NCBI GenBank assembly: GCA_963797095.1
Contig: CAWCNY010000006.1
Coordinates: forward strand, 672,001-736,000
Direction of reading: 5' to 3'
Source of the DNA: an uncultured Chloroflexia bacterium
GTDB taxonomy: Bacteria > Chloroflexota > Chloroflexia > QHBQ01 > JADMIH01
DNA length: 64,000 bases
The position numbers were made by a program, and so were the translations under genes. The notes under the pieces were generated by a model. That model was not told the DNA's origin and ran no database searches. It was given only the letters and a program-made list of their open reading frames with translations. Positions within the stretch are counted from its first letter, which is position 1; each line of letters opens with the position of its first letter. Positions 1 through 9,178 of this stretch are shown piece by piece.

Positions 1-61
1 CCACTTCGAGCATACGGTAGCAATCACCGAAAATGGCCCTGAGATTTTGACTTTGCCGTAA
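1..61 (+). CDS. map: type I methionyl aminopeptidase, 3' end only
   Basis: Frame 2 reads HFEHTVAITENGPEILTLP*, the conserved Map C-terminus; usual position upstream of infA-rpmJ. Confidence 0.9.
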   Translation, partial: HFEHTVAITENGPEILTLP

Positions 62-75
62 TCTTGTGATATAAT
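47..75 (+). promoter_or_regulatory. sigma70-type promoter for infA-rpmJ-rpsM operon
   Basis: TTGACT-N17-TATAAT with extended -10 TG at 67-68. Confidence 0.6.
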
Positions 76-119
76 TAGCGTTTGGTGCTCCCTTTTTCGG
101 GGGCGGCAAAAGAGACACT

Positions 120-350
120 TTGACAAATAAGATTGGCGAAACCAGGGTAGAAGGCAAGGTCGCAGAAGCGGCGCCAAACAGCACATGGAGTGTGCAACTC
201 GACAACGGCCACATGGTAATTGCCCGGCTCGATGACAAATTGAGGATGAACGCAGTACGCGTGATTCCGGGCGACCGAGTGGCGCTGGTGCTTTCTCCCT
301 ATGATCTCACCAGGGGCCGGATCGTAGAGCGGCTGAAACAGACGAAGTGA
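120..350 (+). CDS. infA: translation initiation factor IF-1 (divergent)
   Basis: EGKV..A.PN, LDNGH, PGDRV, LSPYDLTRGRI motifs; TTG start; synteny map-infA-rpmJ. Confidence 0.88.
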   Translation: MTNKIGETRVEGKVAEAAPNSTWSVQLDNGHMVIARLDDKLRMNAVRVIPGDRVALVLSPYDLTRGRIVERLKQTK

Positions 351-443
351 GAAGTGAAGCGTAATGAGTGAAACGTGATGCGTGAAAATGAAAGCGTATC
401 GCACAAATGAAGAAGACAGGTCACATATCACGTATTACGCATC
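347..443. repeat. inverted heptamer arms, CGTGAAA/TATCACG family
   Basis: gtgagaa gtgaagc gtaatga gtgaaac gtgatgc gtga ... tcacata tcacgta ttacgca tca between infA and rpmJ. Confidence 0.75.
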
Positions 444-469
444 AGAGATCGGTTAGGAGTTAATTAGAA

Positions 470-583
470 ATGAAAGTACGAGCATCAGTGAAGCCGCGCT
501 GCGCCAAGTGCCGAATCATCAAGCGGGCAGGCGTGGTAATGGTCATTTGCAGCGACCCGAAGCACAAGCAACGACAGGGCTAA
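470..583 (+). CDS. rpmJ: 50S ribosomal protein L36 (zinc-binding type)
   Basis: Not in ORF track; manual translation [37 protein letters not shown]; AGGAG upstream. Confidence 0.97.
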   Translation: MKVRASVKPRCAKCRIIKRAGVVMVICSDPKHKQRQG

Positions 584-657
584 TTGCGGAACGCCGGTTG
601 CGTGTTTGTCTCCTTACCAGGACAAACCCGCAATCCAAAATCTGAAATCCGCAATTC
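582..657. repeat. inverted heptamer arms, ATTGCGG/CCGCAAT-CCAAAAT family
   Basis: aattgcgg ... ccgcaat ccaaaat ctgaaat ccgcaat t. Confidence 0.75.
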
Positions 658-674
658 CCAAGTGGGAGGAATAA

Positions 675-1046
675 GTGGCAAGAATCGCCGGCGTAGACAT
701 TCCCCGCAACAAGCGGGTCGAGATCGCACTTACCTATATATTTGGAATCGGGCCGACCAGCGCCAAGCAGATCGTTGCCAGGACCAATGTGGACCCCGAC
801 ACCCGCGTGAATAACCTCACTGAAGAAGAGGTCAACCGCATCCGCGAGGTAGTCGACAAGGAGTACACCGTCGAAGGCGACCTGCGCCGTCAGGTTAGCA
901 TGAACATCAAGCGCTTGATCGAAATCAAGTGCTATCGCGGTATCAGGCACACCCGCGGTCTGCCCGTGCATGGGCAGCGTACCCGCACCAATGCACGCAC
1001 CCGCCGTGGCCCTCGCAGGACAGTAGGCGTCCGCCGCAAGAAGTAA
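675..1046 (+). CDS. rpsM: 30S ribosomal protein S13
   Basis: [38 protein letters not shown]. Confidence 0.98.
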   Translation: MARIAGVDIPRNKRVEIALTYIFGIGPTSAKQIVARTNVDPDTRVNNLTEEEVNRIREVVDKEYTVEGDLRRQVSMNIKRLIEIKCYRGIRHTRGLPVHGQRTRTNARTRRGPRRTVGVRRKK

Positions 1047-1050
1047 GTAA

Positions 1051-1126
1051 ATGACCACAGGCGAACGACGAATGACGCAAGAGATTCTCCCCAGTTATTC
1101 GTCATTCGTCCACCGTCTTTCGTCAA
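1051..1126. repeat. inverted heptamer arms, GACGAA(N)/TTCGTC(N) family
   Basis: ggcgaac gacgaat gacg ... ttcgtca ttcgtcc accgtct ttcgtca. Confidence 0.75.
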
Positions 1127-1141
1127 TTACGAGGAGATACG

Positions 1142-1567
1142 ATGGCTGAGAAGCAGCAAAGCAGCAAAGTAACAGCTACCAAGGCACGGCAGGCGCGAGC
1201 GCGCAGACGCGAGCGCAAGATGGTGCCACGCGGGACCGCCTACGTGCAGTCGAGCTTTAACAACACGATTGTGACGCTGGCCGATCCCCAGGGCAACGTA
1301 CTCTCGTGGGGCAGTGCCGGTGCTACCGGCTTCAAAGGCTCCCGCAAGAGCACACCCTATGCGGCGCAGATTACCGCCGACGGTGCGGCCCGCCGCGCTA
1401 TGGAGCACGGCCTTCGTCAAGTAGAAGTATTCGTGAAGGGTCCAGGCGCTGGCCGTGAGGCCGCCATTCGCGCCATTCAGGCAGCAGGTATCCAGGTAGT
1501 CGCCATAACCGACATAACACCAATACCTCATAATGGCTGTCGCCCTCCGAAGCGAAGACGCGTATAA
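1142..1567 (+). CDS. rpsK: 30S ribosomal protein S11
   Basis: [46 protein letters not shown]. Confidence 0.98.
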   Translation: MAEKQQSSKVTATKARQARARRRERKMVPRGTAYVQSSFNNTIVTLADPQGNVLSWGSAGATGFKGSRKSTPYAAQITADGAARRAMEHGLRQVEVFVKGPGAGREAAIRAIQAAGIQVVAITDITPIPHNGCRPPKRRRV

Positions 1568-1759
1568 CTGACATAGATTAGGGTTGGGAGATTAGCCCTC
1601 CCGGTCCTCACCCACAATATATTCTGCGGTCAGGCAGGTGCGTTGGAACTCCGCGGCAACTTAGTTCCGGCAACCCTATCTGAAAACGAACATATAGATA
1701 ACGCGCCCAACCCCAGCAAACCGGGAGTTGGGCCGGAACTGTGATTATACGGAGATAAA

Positions 1760-2386
1760 ATGGCAAGATATACAGGTCCAGTTTGCAAACTGTGCAGGCG
1801 TGAAGGCATGAAGCTCTTCCTCAAGGGAGACAAGTGCTTCCGCAACTGCACCTTCGAAAAGCGAAGCCAACCGCCTGGCCCTCACATGCAGCGCCGCGGA
1901 CGCAAGGTGTCTGACTTCGGACTTCAGCTTCGCGAGAAGCAAAAGGCCCGCAGAATATACGGCGTTTTGGAGCGCCAGTTCCGCCGCCACTTCGAGGCTG
2001 CCGAGCACCGCCCCGGTGTGACGGGCGAGAACCTACTCATGGTGCTCGAAATGCGCCTCGACAACGTGGTCTATCGGCTTGGCTTTGCCGATTCGCGTGC
2101 CCAGGCCCGCCAGATAGTGCGCCACGGTCACTTCGCCCTCAACGGCCAGAAGACCGATGTGCCTTCAGCCATCTGCAAGCCTGGCGACGAAATCAGCGTT
2201 CGCGAAGTCTCCCGCGCTAATGAGTATTTCCAGGTTGCCCAGGCCCAGCTGCCTCGCAAGGATATAGCTGCCTGGATGGCGGTAAGCGCGCCCAATATGA
2301 GTGGCCGCATCGAACGAATGCCCAGCCGCGATGAGCTTGGTCTAGATCTGAATGAGCAGTTGATCGTAGAGTTTTACAGCCGGTAG
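1760..2386 (+). CDS. rpsD: 30S ribosomal protein S4
   Basis: [44 protein letters not shown]. Confidence 0.98.
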   Translation: MARYTGPVCKLCRREGMKLFLKGDKCFRNCTFEKRSQPPGPHMQRRGRKVSDFGLQLREKQKARRIYGVLERQFRRHFEAAEHRPGVTGENLLMVLEMRLDNVVYRLGFADSRAQARQIVRHGHFALNGQKTDVPSAICKPGDEISVREVSRANEYFQVAQAQLPRKDIAAWMAVSAPNMSGRIERMPSRDELGLDLNEQLIVEFYSR

Positions 2387-2390
2387 GAAA

Positions 2391-2448
2391 GTGAGACGTG
2401 ATCGTAATATGTGAGCTCAAATTCACGTATCGCGTATCACCTATCACG
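2391..2448. repeat. inverted heptamer arms, CGTGA(N)2/TATCACG family
   Basis: gtgagac gtgatcgtaatat gtga ... ttcacgt atcgcgt atcacct atcacg. Confidence 0.7.
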
Positions 2449-2465
2449 AACAGGAGAGAGCAACT

Positions 2466-3830
2466 TTGACAAGTGGAATAACAAGCAGTCTGCCTAATGT
2501 CGTGGCGGTGGCGACAGCCCCCAACTATGGCCGGTTTGCAATCGGTCCGTTGGAGGGAGGGATCGGCATCACGCTGGGCAACGCTTTGCGCCGCATTCTG
2601 CTGTCCTCGCTACCCGGCTCTGCGGTTACCAGCGTGCGGATTCAGAACGTGTACCACGAGTTTTCGTGCATACCTAATGTGCGCGAAGACGTGACAGAGA
2701 TCGTACTTAATGTAAAGAACATCCGCCTTCGCTCTTACAGCGACCGGGCGGTGCGCCTCAACCTGAGCAAATATGGCCCAGGCGAAGTGCGCGCTGGCGA
2801 TATTGACCTGCCCGCCAACGTCGAATTGGTCAATCCCGAATTGGTGCTGGCTACCCTCGATGGTACCGGTGCCCGCCTTGAGATGGAACTGACAGTAGAG
2901 CGCGGTCGCGGCTATGTGTCCTTTGAGGCCCGCGAGGGGATGCAGATCGGCACGATACCCGTTGATGCCATCTTCTCACCCATCCCTAAGGTGAACTACC
3001 TTGTACAGTCCGCCGACGCCGATGTCCTCTACCCCATACCTGAGGTGGGCGATACCACGGCTGAGTCGAACGGCGCGACCGACTCTGACTCGGCCCCCGT
3101 CGTAGACCTGACAGGACGCGAACAATTGCAGATCGAAATCTGGACGGATGGCACGATTGACCCCGGCGAGGCCCTTAGCCTATCGGCCCAATATCTCGCC
3201 CAGCATTCGTCCCTGATCAGCAACTTCAACAAGCAGGCCGCCCCCACAGGGCGCGAGCTACCCGGCGCGATCGCCATCCCGCCCCACCTGTTCGAGATGC
3301 CTATCGAGGATCTCAATCTCTCGATGCGCACCTACAACTGCCTCAAGAGAAGTGGTATCACTAAAGTAGGTCAGGTTCTCCGCATGGAGAAGAAAGAACT
3401 TCTCGGCCTGCGCAATTTCGGCGAGAAATCGTTTGATGAACTGCACCAGGCCCTCTCCACGCGCGACCTGATCCCGCCTGGCACTCCGCTCGACCTTTCA
3501 GGCGAAAATGAGGAAGGTGCGGAAGGCGAAGGCGAGGACGAAAGCCTGGATCAGGTGGAAGTCGGGTATGGAGAATACGATGCCCCTGCTGAACCTGAGG
3601 CCTTTATGGGTGAAGGGGAGGGCGGCGATGATTATCGCTCTGCCGAGGTTGTAGACCTTGCAGGCGAGAGTGAAGGCAGCGCGGAAGCCTCTGCCGGTAT
3701 CTACATCGACGGTGAGCCTGCCTCTGACGGCATAGACCTCACCCCTGACCCCGATACCACGGGCGAGATCGACACCGAAGAAGAGGCCGCTGAAGAGGCC
3801 CAGTCCAAACCAAGAAGCAAAAGGAAGTAG
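2466..3830 (+). CDS. rpoA: RNA polymerase alpha subunit with insertion and long acidic tail
   Basis: G.TLGNALRRILLSSLPG, VREDVTEIVLN.K, RGRGY, IEDLNLSMRTYNCLKR, NFGEKS; 454 aa; TTG start after AGGAG. Confidence 0.95.
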   Translation: MTSGITSSLPNVVAVATAPNYGRFAIGPLEGGIGITLGNALRRILLSSLPGSAVTSVRIQNVYHEFSCIPNVREDVTEIVLNVKNIRLRSYSDRAVRLNLSKYGPGEVRAGDIDLPANVELVNPELVLATLDGTGARLEMELTVERGRGYVSFEAREGMQIGTIPVDAIFSPIPKVNYLVQSADADVLYPIPEVGDTTAESNGATDSDSAPVVDLTGREQLQIEIWTDGTIDPGEALSLSAQYLAQHSSLISNFNKQAAPTGRELPGAIAIPPHLFEMPIEDLNLSMRTYNCLKRSGITKVGQVLRMEKKELLGLRNFGEKSFDELHQALSTRDLIPPGTPLDLSGENEEGAEGEGEDESLDQVEVGYGEYDAPAEPEAFMGEGEGGDDYRSAEVVDLAGESEGSAEASAGIYIDGEPASDGIDLTPDPDTTGEIDTEEEAAEEAQSKPRSKRK

Positions 3831-3886
3831 TCACAGGTAGCGGAACTTTCACACCTGACTACCGACTACCGACCACTGACTACCGA
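3826..3886. repeat. inverted heptamer arms, CGGTAGT/ACTACCG family
   Basis: agtagtc acaggtagcgg ... gactacc gactacc gaccact gactacc g. Confidence 0.75.
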
Positions 3887-3897
3887 AGGAGATAGTA

Positions 3898-4254
3898 ATG
3901 CGACACAGAGTAAAAAGCCGGAGCTTTGGCCGCAGCAGCGGTGAGCGCCGTGCGCTCTTCAGGAACCAGCTTGTGAGCCTGCTCATGCATGAGCGCATCC
4001 GCACCACCGAGGCCAAGGCTCGCGAGCTTCAGCCCATGGCCGAGCACGTGATCGCTCTGGGCCGCGAAGATACCGAGCGGAACCGTACGACCGCCGCCTC
4101 CATCCTGGCGAACTCGCTGATGGTGCGCAAGCTGTTCGAGGACATTGGTCCCCGTTACATCGATCGCTACGGCGGTTACACTCGAATCTACAAGCTCCAC
4201 CAGCGCCCTGGCGACGGTTCGTTGGTATGCCAGCTTGAGCTAGTAGAAGAGTAA
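3898..4254 (+). CDS. rplQ: 50S ribosomal protein L17
   Basis: MRHR, ERI.TTEAKARE, R.GGYTRI.K, R.GD. Confidence 0.97.
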   Translation: MRHRVKSRSFGRSSGERRALFRNQLVSLLMHERIRTTEAKARELQPMAEHVIALGREDTERNRTTAASILANSLMVRKLFEDIGPRYIDRYGGYTRIYKLHQRPGDGSLVCQLELVEE

Positions 4255-4257
4255 GGC

Positions 4258-4317
4258 ACGACGAAAGACGAATAGCGAAGATAGTCCTTCGCCGTCCGTC
4301 CTTCGTCGTTCGTCTTG
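4258..4317. repeat. inverted heptamer arms, GACGAA(N) family
   Basis: acgacgaaagacgaatagcgaag ... cttcgcc gtccgtc cttcgtc gttcgtc. Confidence 0.75.
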
Positions 4318-4321
4318 ACAG

Positions 4322-5164
4322 TTGCACCTTAAATTACGAATACAGTACGACGGCACCGACTTCCTGGGTTCACAACTCCAGAAAGAAGGGCGGACCGTGC
4401 AGGCCGAACTTGAGGCCGCTCTCTTGAGGCTGGCTGGCGCTCCCATCAGAGTAGCGTTAGCCGGGCGCACCGACAGCGGAGTTCATGCCTGGGGACAGGT
4501 GGCAAGCCTCGACTTTCCTGAGAGGCCGCGCCTGGACTCTCCGGTTGTGATAGCAAAGGCCCTCAATGCCCTACTCCCACACGACATGGCCGTGCTTGGT
4601 GCGGAGATAGTCTCAAAGGACTTCCACGCTCGCTTCAGCGCCAAACGCCGGGCCTACCGCTACCTCCTGCTGAACGCGCCGGCACCTCTACCAATCCTGA
4701 GACGCTACGCGCTTCACGTCCCCCAGGCTCTCGACACCGGAGCGATGGCGCAAGCCGCAGCCCTGTTGGTGGGCACCCACGATATGGCAGCCTTCGCCGG
4801 AAGCGGCTTGGGCGTCCCGGATCGCGAAGATGAACTGGAATCTGGCGAAAGCAAACCCTCTACGTTCCGCACGATCCACTTAGCGCGCATGCTGCCGCTC
4901 GACCCCTCGGTCGATCCCTGGCACTGGCAAGCCCCCGAACCGGCGGGCGTGGATACCCCTCAAGGCGACCTCTGGGCGATTGACCTCGTAGCCAATGCCT
5001 TCCTGCCGCAAATGGTCCGCACAATCGTGGGCACCCTCCTCGAAGTGGGACTGGGCAAACGTACTGTAGAAAGCATAGAAACGTTGATCAAGATCAGAGA
5101 TCGCAGGCAAGCAGGCCAAACTGCCAGGCCACACGGCCTATGCCTCCTCTGGGTAGAGTACTGA
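4322..5164 (+). CDS. truA: tRNA pseudouridine(38-40) synthase
   Basis: YDGT.F.G.Q, AGRTDSGVHA.GQV, FHARFSA, NAFL.QMVR, TA..HGL.L. Confidence 0.95.
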   Translation: MHLKLRIQYDGTDFLGSQLQKEGRTVQAELEAALLRLAGAPIRVALAGRTDSGVHAWGQVASLDFPERPRLDSPVVIAKALNALLPHDMAVLGAEIVSKDFHARFSAKRRAYRYLLLNAPAPLPILRRYALHVPQALDTGAMAQAAALLVGTHDMAAFAGSGLGVPDREDELESGESKPSTFRTIHLARMLPLDPSVDPWHWQAPEPAGVDTPQGDLWAIDLVANAFLPQMVRTIVGTLLEVGLGKRTVESIETLIKIRDRRQAGQTARPHGLCLLWVEY

Positions 5165-5169
5165 ATCGT

Positions 5170-5223
5170 GTGGAAGATAGACGGTAGCTCATATCGTTGC
5201 CCATCGTCTATCGTCCATCGTCC
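5170..5223. repeat. inverted heptamer arms, GACGATR/CATCGTC family
   Basis: tggaagatagacggtag ... ccatcgt ctatcgt ccatcgt cca. Confidence 0.7.
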
Positions 5224-5241
5224 ACATGGAGAAGAAGAGTA

Positions 5242-5715
5242 ATGAGCACAAAGACATATACACCGACCGCCGCTGAAGCCGACGCTGCCCGCAACTGGTA
5301 CCTCGTTGATGCCAAGGGCCAGACCCTCGGCAGGTTGGCGACCCTGGTTGCCCAGTACCTGCGCGGCAAGCACAAGCCCACTTTCGTCACCCACATGGAT
5401 ATGGGTGACTACGTGGTTGTGATCAATGCGGCCGATGTGGTAGTCACAGGCAACAAGACTAACGACAAGATGTACTATCGCCACTCCGGTCACATGGGCC
5501 ACCTCAAGACCATCCCCTACAGCGAGATGATCAAGACCCACCCGACCTTCCCGGTAGAAGACGCTGTGCGCGGTATGCTCCCCCACAACCGCCTCGGCGA
5601 TCAGATGCTGATGAAGCTGAAAGTGTACGCAGGCCCGCAGCACCCACACGCTGCCCAGAAGCCCGTTCCTCTGCGCATAAACCAGGAGACCGGCGCCTTC
5701 GAAGTAATAGGCTAG
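5242..5715 (+). CDS. rplM: 50S ribosomal protein L13
   Basis: W.LVDA.GQTLGRLA, GKHKP.F, D.GD.VVVINA, HPH.AQKP; start moved to ATG 5242 (MSTKTY). Confidence 0.97.
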   Translation: MSTKTYTPTAAEADAARNWYLVDAKGQTLGRLATLVAQYLRGKHKPTFVTHMDMGDYVVVINAADVVVTGNKTNDKMYYRHSGHMGHLKTIPYSEMIKTHPTFPVEDAVRGMLPHNRLGDQMLMKLKVYAGPQHPHAAQKPVPLRINQETGAFEVIG

Positions 5716-5791
5716 TTATCGCTTGTCGGTTGCCTATCATCGGTTTCTTGAGACAATAACAACCGGCAACCGATAGCGTGATAACCGACAC
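5715..5791. repeat. inverted heptamer arms, TCGGTTG/CAACCGA family
   Basis: gttatcg cttgtcg gttgcc ... caaccgg caaccga tagc...taaccga cacc. Confidence 0.7.
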
Positions 5792-5803
5792 CTAAGGAGA
5801 ATT

Positions 5804-6223
5804 ATGGACAATACCACTCGCAGCACAGATAGACCGGCATATTTCTACGGCACAGGTCGCAGGAAGAGCGCCGTGGCTCGCGTCCGCCTCTATCCCGGCA
5901 ATGGTCAGATCGTGATCAACGGTAAAGAGGCCGCTGACTACTTCGGTGGCCGCGCCATCTACGGCCAGATGATCAACCAGCCTCTCGATCTGACCGACAA
6001 CACCACTAAGTACAATGTCACCGTCAAAGTGCTTGGCGGTGGTGTGACAGGGCAGGCAGGTGCCGTGCGTCATGGCCTGGCCCGCGCCCTCGTCCAGGCT
6101 GATGGCAACTTCCGACCAGTCCTCAAGAGAGCCGGCCTGCTGGCTCGCGATGCCCGCGTCAAAGAGCGCAAGAAGGCCGGTCTGAAGCGCGCTCGCAAGG
6201 CTCCTCAGTACACGAAGCGCTAA
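5804..6223 (+). CDS. rpsI: 30S ribosomal protein S9
   Basis: [42 protein letters not shown]. Confidence 0.98.
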   Translation: MDNTTRSTDRPAYFYGTGRRKSAVARVRLYPGNGQIVINGKEAADYFGGRAIYGQMINQPLDLTDNTTKYNVTVKVLGGGVTGQAGAVRHGLARALVQADGNFRPVLKRAGLLARDARVKERKKAGLKRARKAPQYTKR

Positions 6224-6244
6224 TTACAGCCACGCTCAACTAAT

Positions 6245-6293
6245 ACAAGGCAAGAGATACCCGCTCTTTAGTTGGTATTTCCTGCCTTGTTTG
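6245..6293 (+). terminator. imperfect hairpin after rpsI, possible terminator
   Basis: acaaggca..gatacc / ggtattt..tgccttgt followed by a short T run. Confidence 0.4.
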
Positions 6294-6376
6294 GCATCTT
6301 CTCCTCTGGCGAATAGGATCACCCATCTCATCGCGACCTTGCATCAGCCCTGCTCCATTCGATTCGCTCCATCTGC

Positions 6377-6406
6377 TTGACATAGCTTGACAGCCTGCAC
6401 TATAAT
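6377..6406 (+). promoter_or_regulatory. sigma70-type promoter for mreBCD
   Basis: TTGACA-N18-TATAAT; a second TTGACA at 6387. Confidence 0.6.
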
Positions 6407-6612
6407 GCCTTGGCGGTTCCTGGGCCGGAACTCGGCAATCTTTTATGTATCAATCCGGTAGATTGCCGGGCCACCTATAGTAAGCGCTGGGTTCGGCACC
6501 CGTCACCGTCCTGTACTACGAGTACATCCACTATAACTTGCAAACTCGCGGCGTGGCGACGCGCCGCTTCTCTGCATTTTGTAATAATGCGAGCCAGCAT
6601 AGGAGACAACTA

Positions 6613-7680
6613 ATGATAGGCCCTTTGAACGCACTGTTCGGCCTTTTCAGCCGCGACCTCGGTGTAGACCTGGGCACGGCCAACACTCTCGTACATGTCA
6701 GAGGTAAGGGCATTGTGGTGTCCGAGCCTTCCGTAGTTGCCATCGACAAACGCAGCCGGAAGCCCTACGCGGTGGGTGCTGAAGCCAAAGCCATGGTCGG
6801 TAAGACCCCAGGCTACATCATCGCTATACGCCCCCTCAAGGATGGCGTGATAGCCGACTTCGACATGGTTGAAACCATGCTCAAGCACTTCATCCGTAAG
6901 GTGCACTCGCAGGGGCTGATGACCCCCAAGCCACGTGTGGTCATTGGCATCCCCTCTGGCGTAACCGAGGTCGAGCGTCGCGCCGCCCACGACGCCGCCA
7001 TCAACGCCGGGGCGCGTGAAGCCTATCCCATCGAGGAGCCGATGGCCGCAGCTATTGGTGCCGGTCTGCCGGTTCAGGAGCCTGTCGGCTCGATGATCGT
7101 GGACATCGGCGGTGGCACCACTGAAGTGGCTGTCATCTCGCTGGGCGGCATCGTGATCAACCACTCTATCCGCACGGCAGGCGATGAGATCGATGAGTCG
7201 ATCATCCAGTACGCTCGCCGAGAGCACAACCTCCATATCGGTGAGCGCATGGCCGAGGCCGCCAAGATCAACGCAGGCTCGGCTTATCCTCTGGAGCAGG
7301 AAGTTGCCGTTACCCTCCGTGGGCGTGATGCTATTACCGGCCTGCCCAAGGCCGTGGATGTCAGCAGCGTCGAGTTGCGCGAGGCAATCAGCCAACCTGT
7401 ATCGGAGCTTATAGAGGTGGTCAAGTTGGCTCTCGAAGAGACCCCACCTGAGCTTGTGGCCGACATCATGGAGAACGGTATCACCCTGGCCGGTGGTGGT
7501 GCTCTCCTCAAAGGGTTGGATAAGCGCCTCTCTATTGAGACCAAGATGCACGTCAATATCGCCGACGACCCCCTTACCTGCGTGGTACGTGGAGCGGGCC
7601 GCATCGTCGAGTCTCTTGAGCAGTACGACCGCATCCTCCGCTCCAGTGCCCAGAACCGCCGCGCCGTTGTAGTTCAGTAA
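6613..7680 (+). CDS. mreB: rod shape-determining protein MreB
   Basis: DLGTANTL, EPSVVA, RPLKDGVIADF, IEEPMAAAIGAGLP, DIGGGTTEVAVISLGG; AGGAG before ATG 6613. Confidence 0.97.
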   Translation: MIGPLNALFGLFSRDLGVDLGTANTLVHVRGKGIVVSEPSVVAIDKRSRKPYAVGAEAKAMVGKTPGYIIAIRPLKDGVIADFDMVETMLKHFIRKVHSQGLMTPKPRVVIGIPSGVTEVERRAAHDAAINAGAREAYPIEEPMAAAIGAGLPVQEPVGSMIVDIGGGTTEVAVISLGGIVINHSIRTAGDEIDESIIQYARREHNLHIGERMAEAAKINAGSAYPLEQEVAVTLRGRDAITGLPKAVDVSSVELREAISQPVSELIEVVKLALEETPPELVADIMENGITLAGGGALLKGLDKRLSIETKMHVNIADDPLTCVVRGAGRIVESLEQYDRILRSSAQNRRAVVVQ

Positions 7681-7758
7681 CGACGGGTGACGAGAAGAGC
7701 GTAAACTGGAATCGTCGTTCGTCCTTTGTCTTTCGTCCCAAAAGAAAGTAGGCTCTCC

Positions 7759-8598
7759 ATGAAGCAGAAGGACCGTACCCTTTCATGGACACGAACGCTC
7801 TACTTGCTGGTGGCGCTGGTGCTGGTAAGCCTTGCCCTGATCCTGTTGAGCCAGGGGCGTACCCTCCAACCTGTAGAGGATGTCGCCAGTGCCATATTCA
7901 ATCCCATCCAGCAGGCAGCTAGTGATGTCACCTCCACCGTTGGCGGCTGGTTCAGCGGCTTTGGCCGCATGGGCGAGCTTGACGCCGAGAATAAACGCCT
8001 CCGCGAGGCGCTGGACGCTGTGACCGCCGAGAACGCTCGCCTTCAGGAGATGGGCCGCGAAAACGAGAGCTTGCGCGCCATGCTCAAATTCCAGGATGAA
8101 CGCCCCGACGTGGAGGCGGTGGTGGCGAACAGCATCGGCGGCGACCCAAGTGGCCTCACCAGGGTGCTTACCATAGACCAGGGTGCTAACGCGGGTATTG
8201 TGAAGGGCATGGCTGTCACCAGTCCCGGCGGCATACTGGTAGGCACTATCGACTCGGTCAAACCGGATCGCTCAAGTGTGCTCTTGATTACCGATGTCAA
8301 TTCCAGCATTCCGGTAGCGACCCAGCGGGCGCAGGTGCCGGGCGTGCTCGACGGCCAGTGGCAAAAGGGCGGCAATCTGACCATGACCCATATCCCACGC
8401 GATGCCGACGTGCAGAACGGCGACGTGCTTGTCACGTCAGGTCTGGGAGGTAGCTTCCCCAAAGGCATCCTCTGTGCCCAGATAGAGAATGTTCACCAGA
8501 ATGACGTTCAAGTAGAGAAGGATGCTGACGCTATCCCCCTGGTGGATCTGAATTCCCTGGAAGTGGTATTAGTAGTAACAAACGGCACAAGCGAGTGA
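7759..8598 (+). CDS. mreC: rod shape-determining protein MreC
   Basis: N-terminal TM, coiled coil (EN..LR..L), IDQG..AGI..GM.V, GD.LVTSGLGG.FPKG. Confidence 0.93.
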   Translation: MKQKDRTLSWTRTLYLLVALVLVSLALILLSQGRTLQPVEDVASAIFNPIQQAASDVTSTVGGWFSGFGRMGELDAENKRLREALDAVTAENARLQEMGRENESLRAMLKFQDERPDVEAVVANSIGGDPSGLTRVLTIDQGANAGIVKGMAVTSPGGILVGTIDSVKPDRSSVLLITDVNSSIPVATQRAQVPGVLDGQWQKGGNLTMTHIPRDADVQNGDVLVTSGLGGSFPKGILCAQIENVHQNDVQVEKDADAIPLVDLNSLEVVLVVTNGTSE

Positions 8599-8670
8599 AA
8601 CGTGATATGTGACCACCGCATACTGGTCACTCGCCACTGGTCACTCACCATCTGACTACCAACAACCGAT
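8594..8670. repeat. mismatched heptamer arms (CGTGAAA then TGGTCAC/ACTACC types)
   Basis: gtgaaac gtgatat gtga ... ctggtca ctcgcca ctggtca ctcacca. Confidence 0.65.
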
Positions 8671-8671
8671 C

Positions 8672-9178
8672 ATGGTATATATAGGCACCATACTTCTCTT
8701 CCTCTCAGCGCTTGTCCAATCGGTCATCTTGCCGAAGGTCGTGCCGTTGGCGGCCATGCCCCATCTGGTGCTTCTGCTGGTGGTTGCCATCTGCCTTGTC
8801 GAAAGCCTGCACGATGCCATTATCTGGGGCTTCGTCGGCGGCCTTATCCTCGACCTGATGACCTCGCCAGCCCTTCCACTCGGCAGCAACGCCCTCCTGC
8901 TTGTGCTGGTCGCTCTCCTTGCCAGCCTGGGCCAGGCCGATCCATTCCGCACTCTCGTAGTCGTCCCCCTGGCTACCGTCTTTGGAGCTACCATCTTCTA
9001 CAATATCATGCTCATGCTTCTGCATCTCATTTCGGGCGAAAGTGTGCCCTTCTTCGATAACTTCCTGCGGGTTGCCCTTCCCGCCGCCATCATGAACGCT
9101 ATCCTGATGCCGGTCGCCTACAGCGCTATGCTATGGCTCAGTGAGCGGATCGGGAGGAGGATGCGCGTGGAATGGTAA
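8672..9178 (+). CDS. mreD: rod shape-determining protein MreD
   Basis: Hydrophobic ~168 aa, Q.V..P, GF.GGL.LDL, PLG; between mreC and PBP2. Confidence 0.9.
   Translation: MVYIGTILLFLSALVQSVILPKVVPLAAMPHLVLLLVVAICLVESLHDAIIWGFVGGLILDLMTSPALPLGSNALLLVLVALLASLGQADPFRTLVVVPLATVFGATIFYNIMLMLLHLISGESVPFFDNFLRVALPAAIMNAILMPVAYSAMLWLSERIGRRMRVEW

Noticed and set aside
543-7551. Long antisense ORFs over rpsM, rplM and mreB (and likewise over ftsZ and the kinase)
   Set aside because: Shadow frames of GC-rich genes; no independent RBS or motifs.
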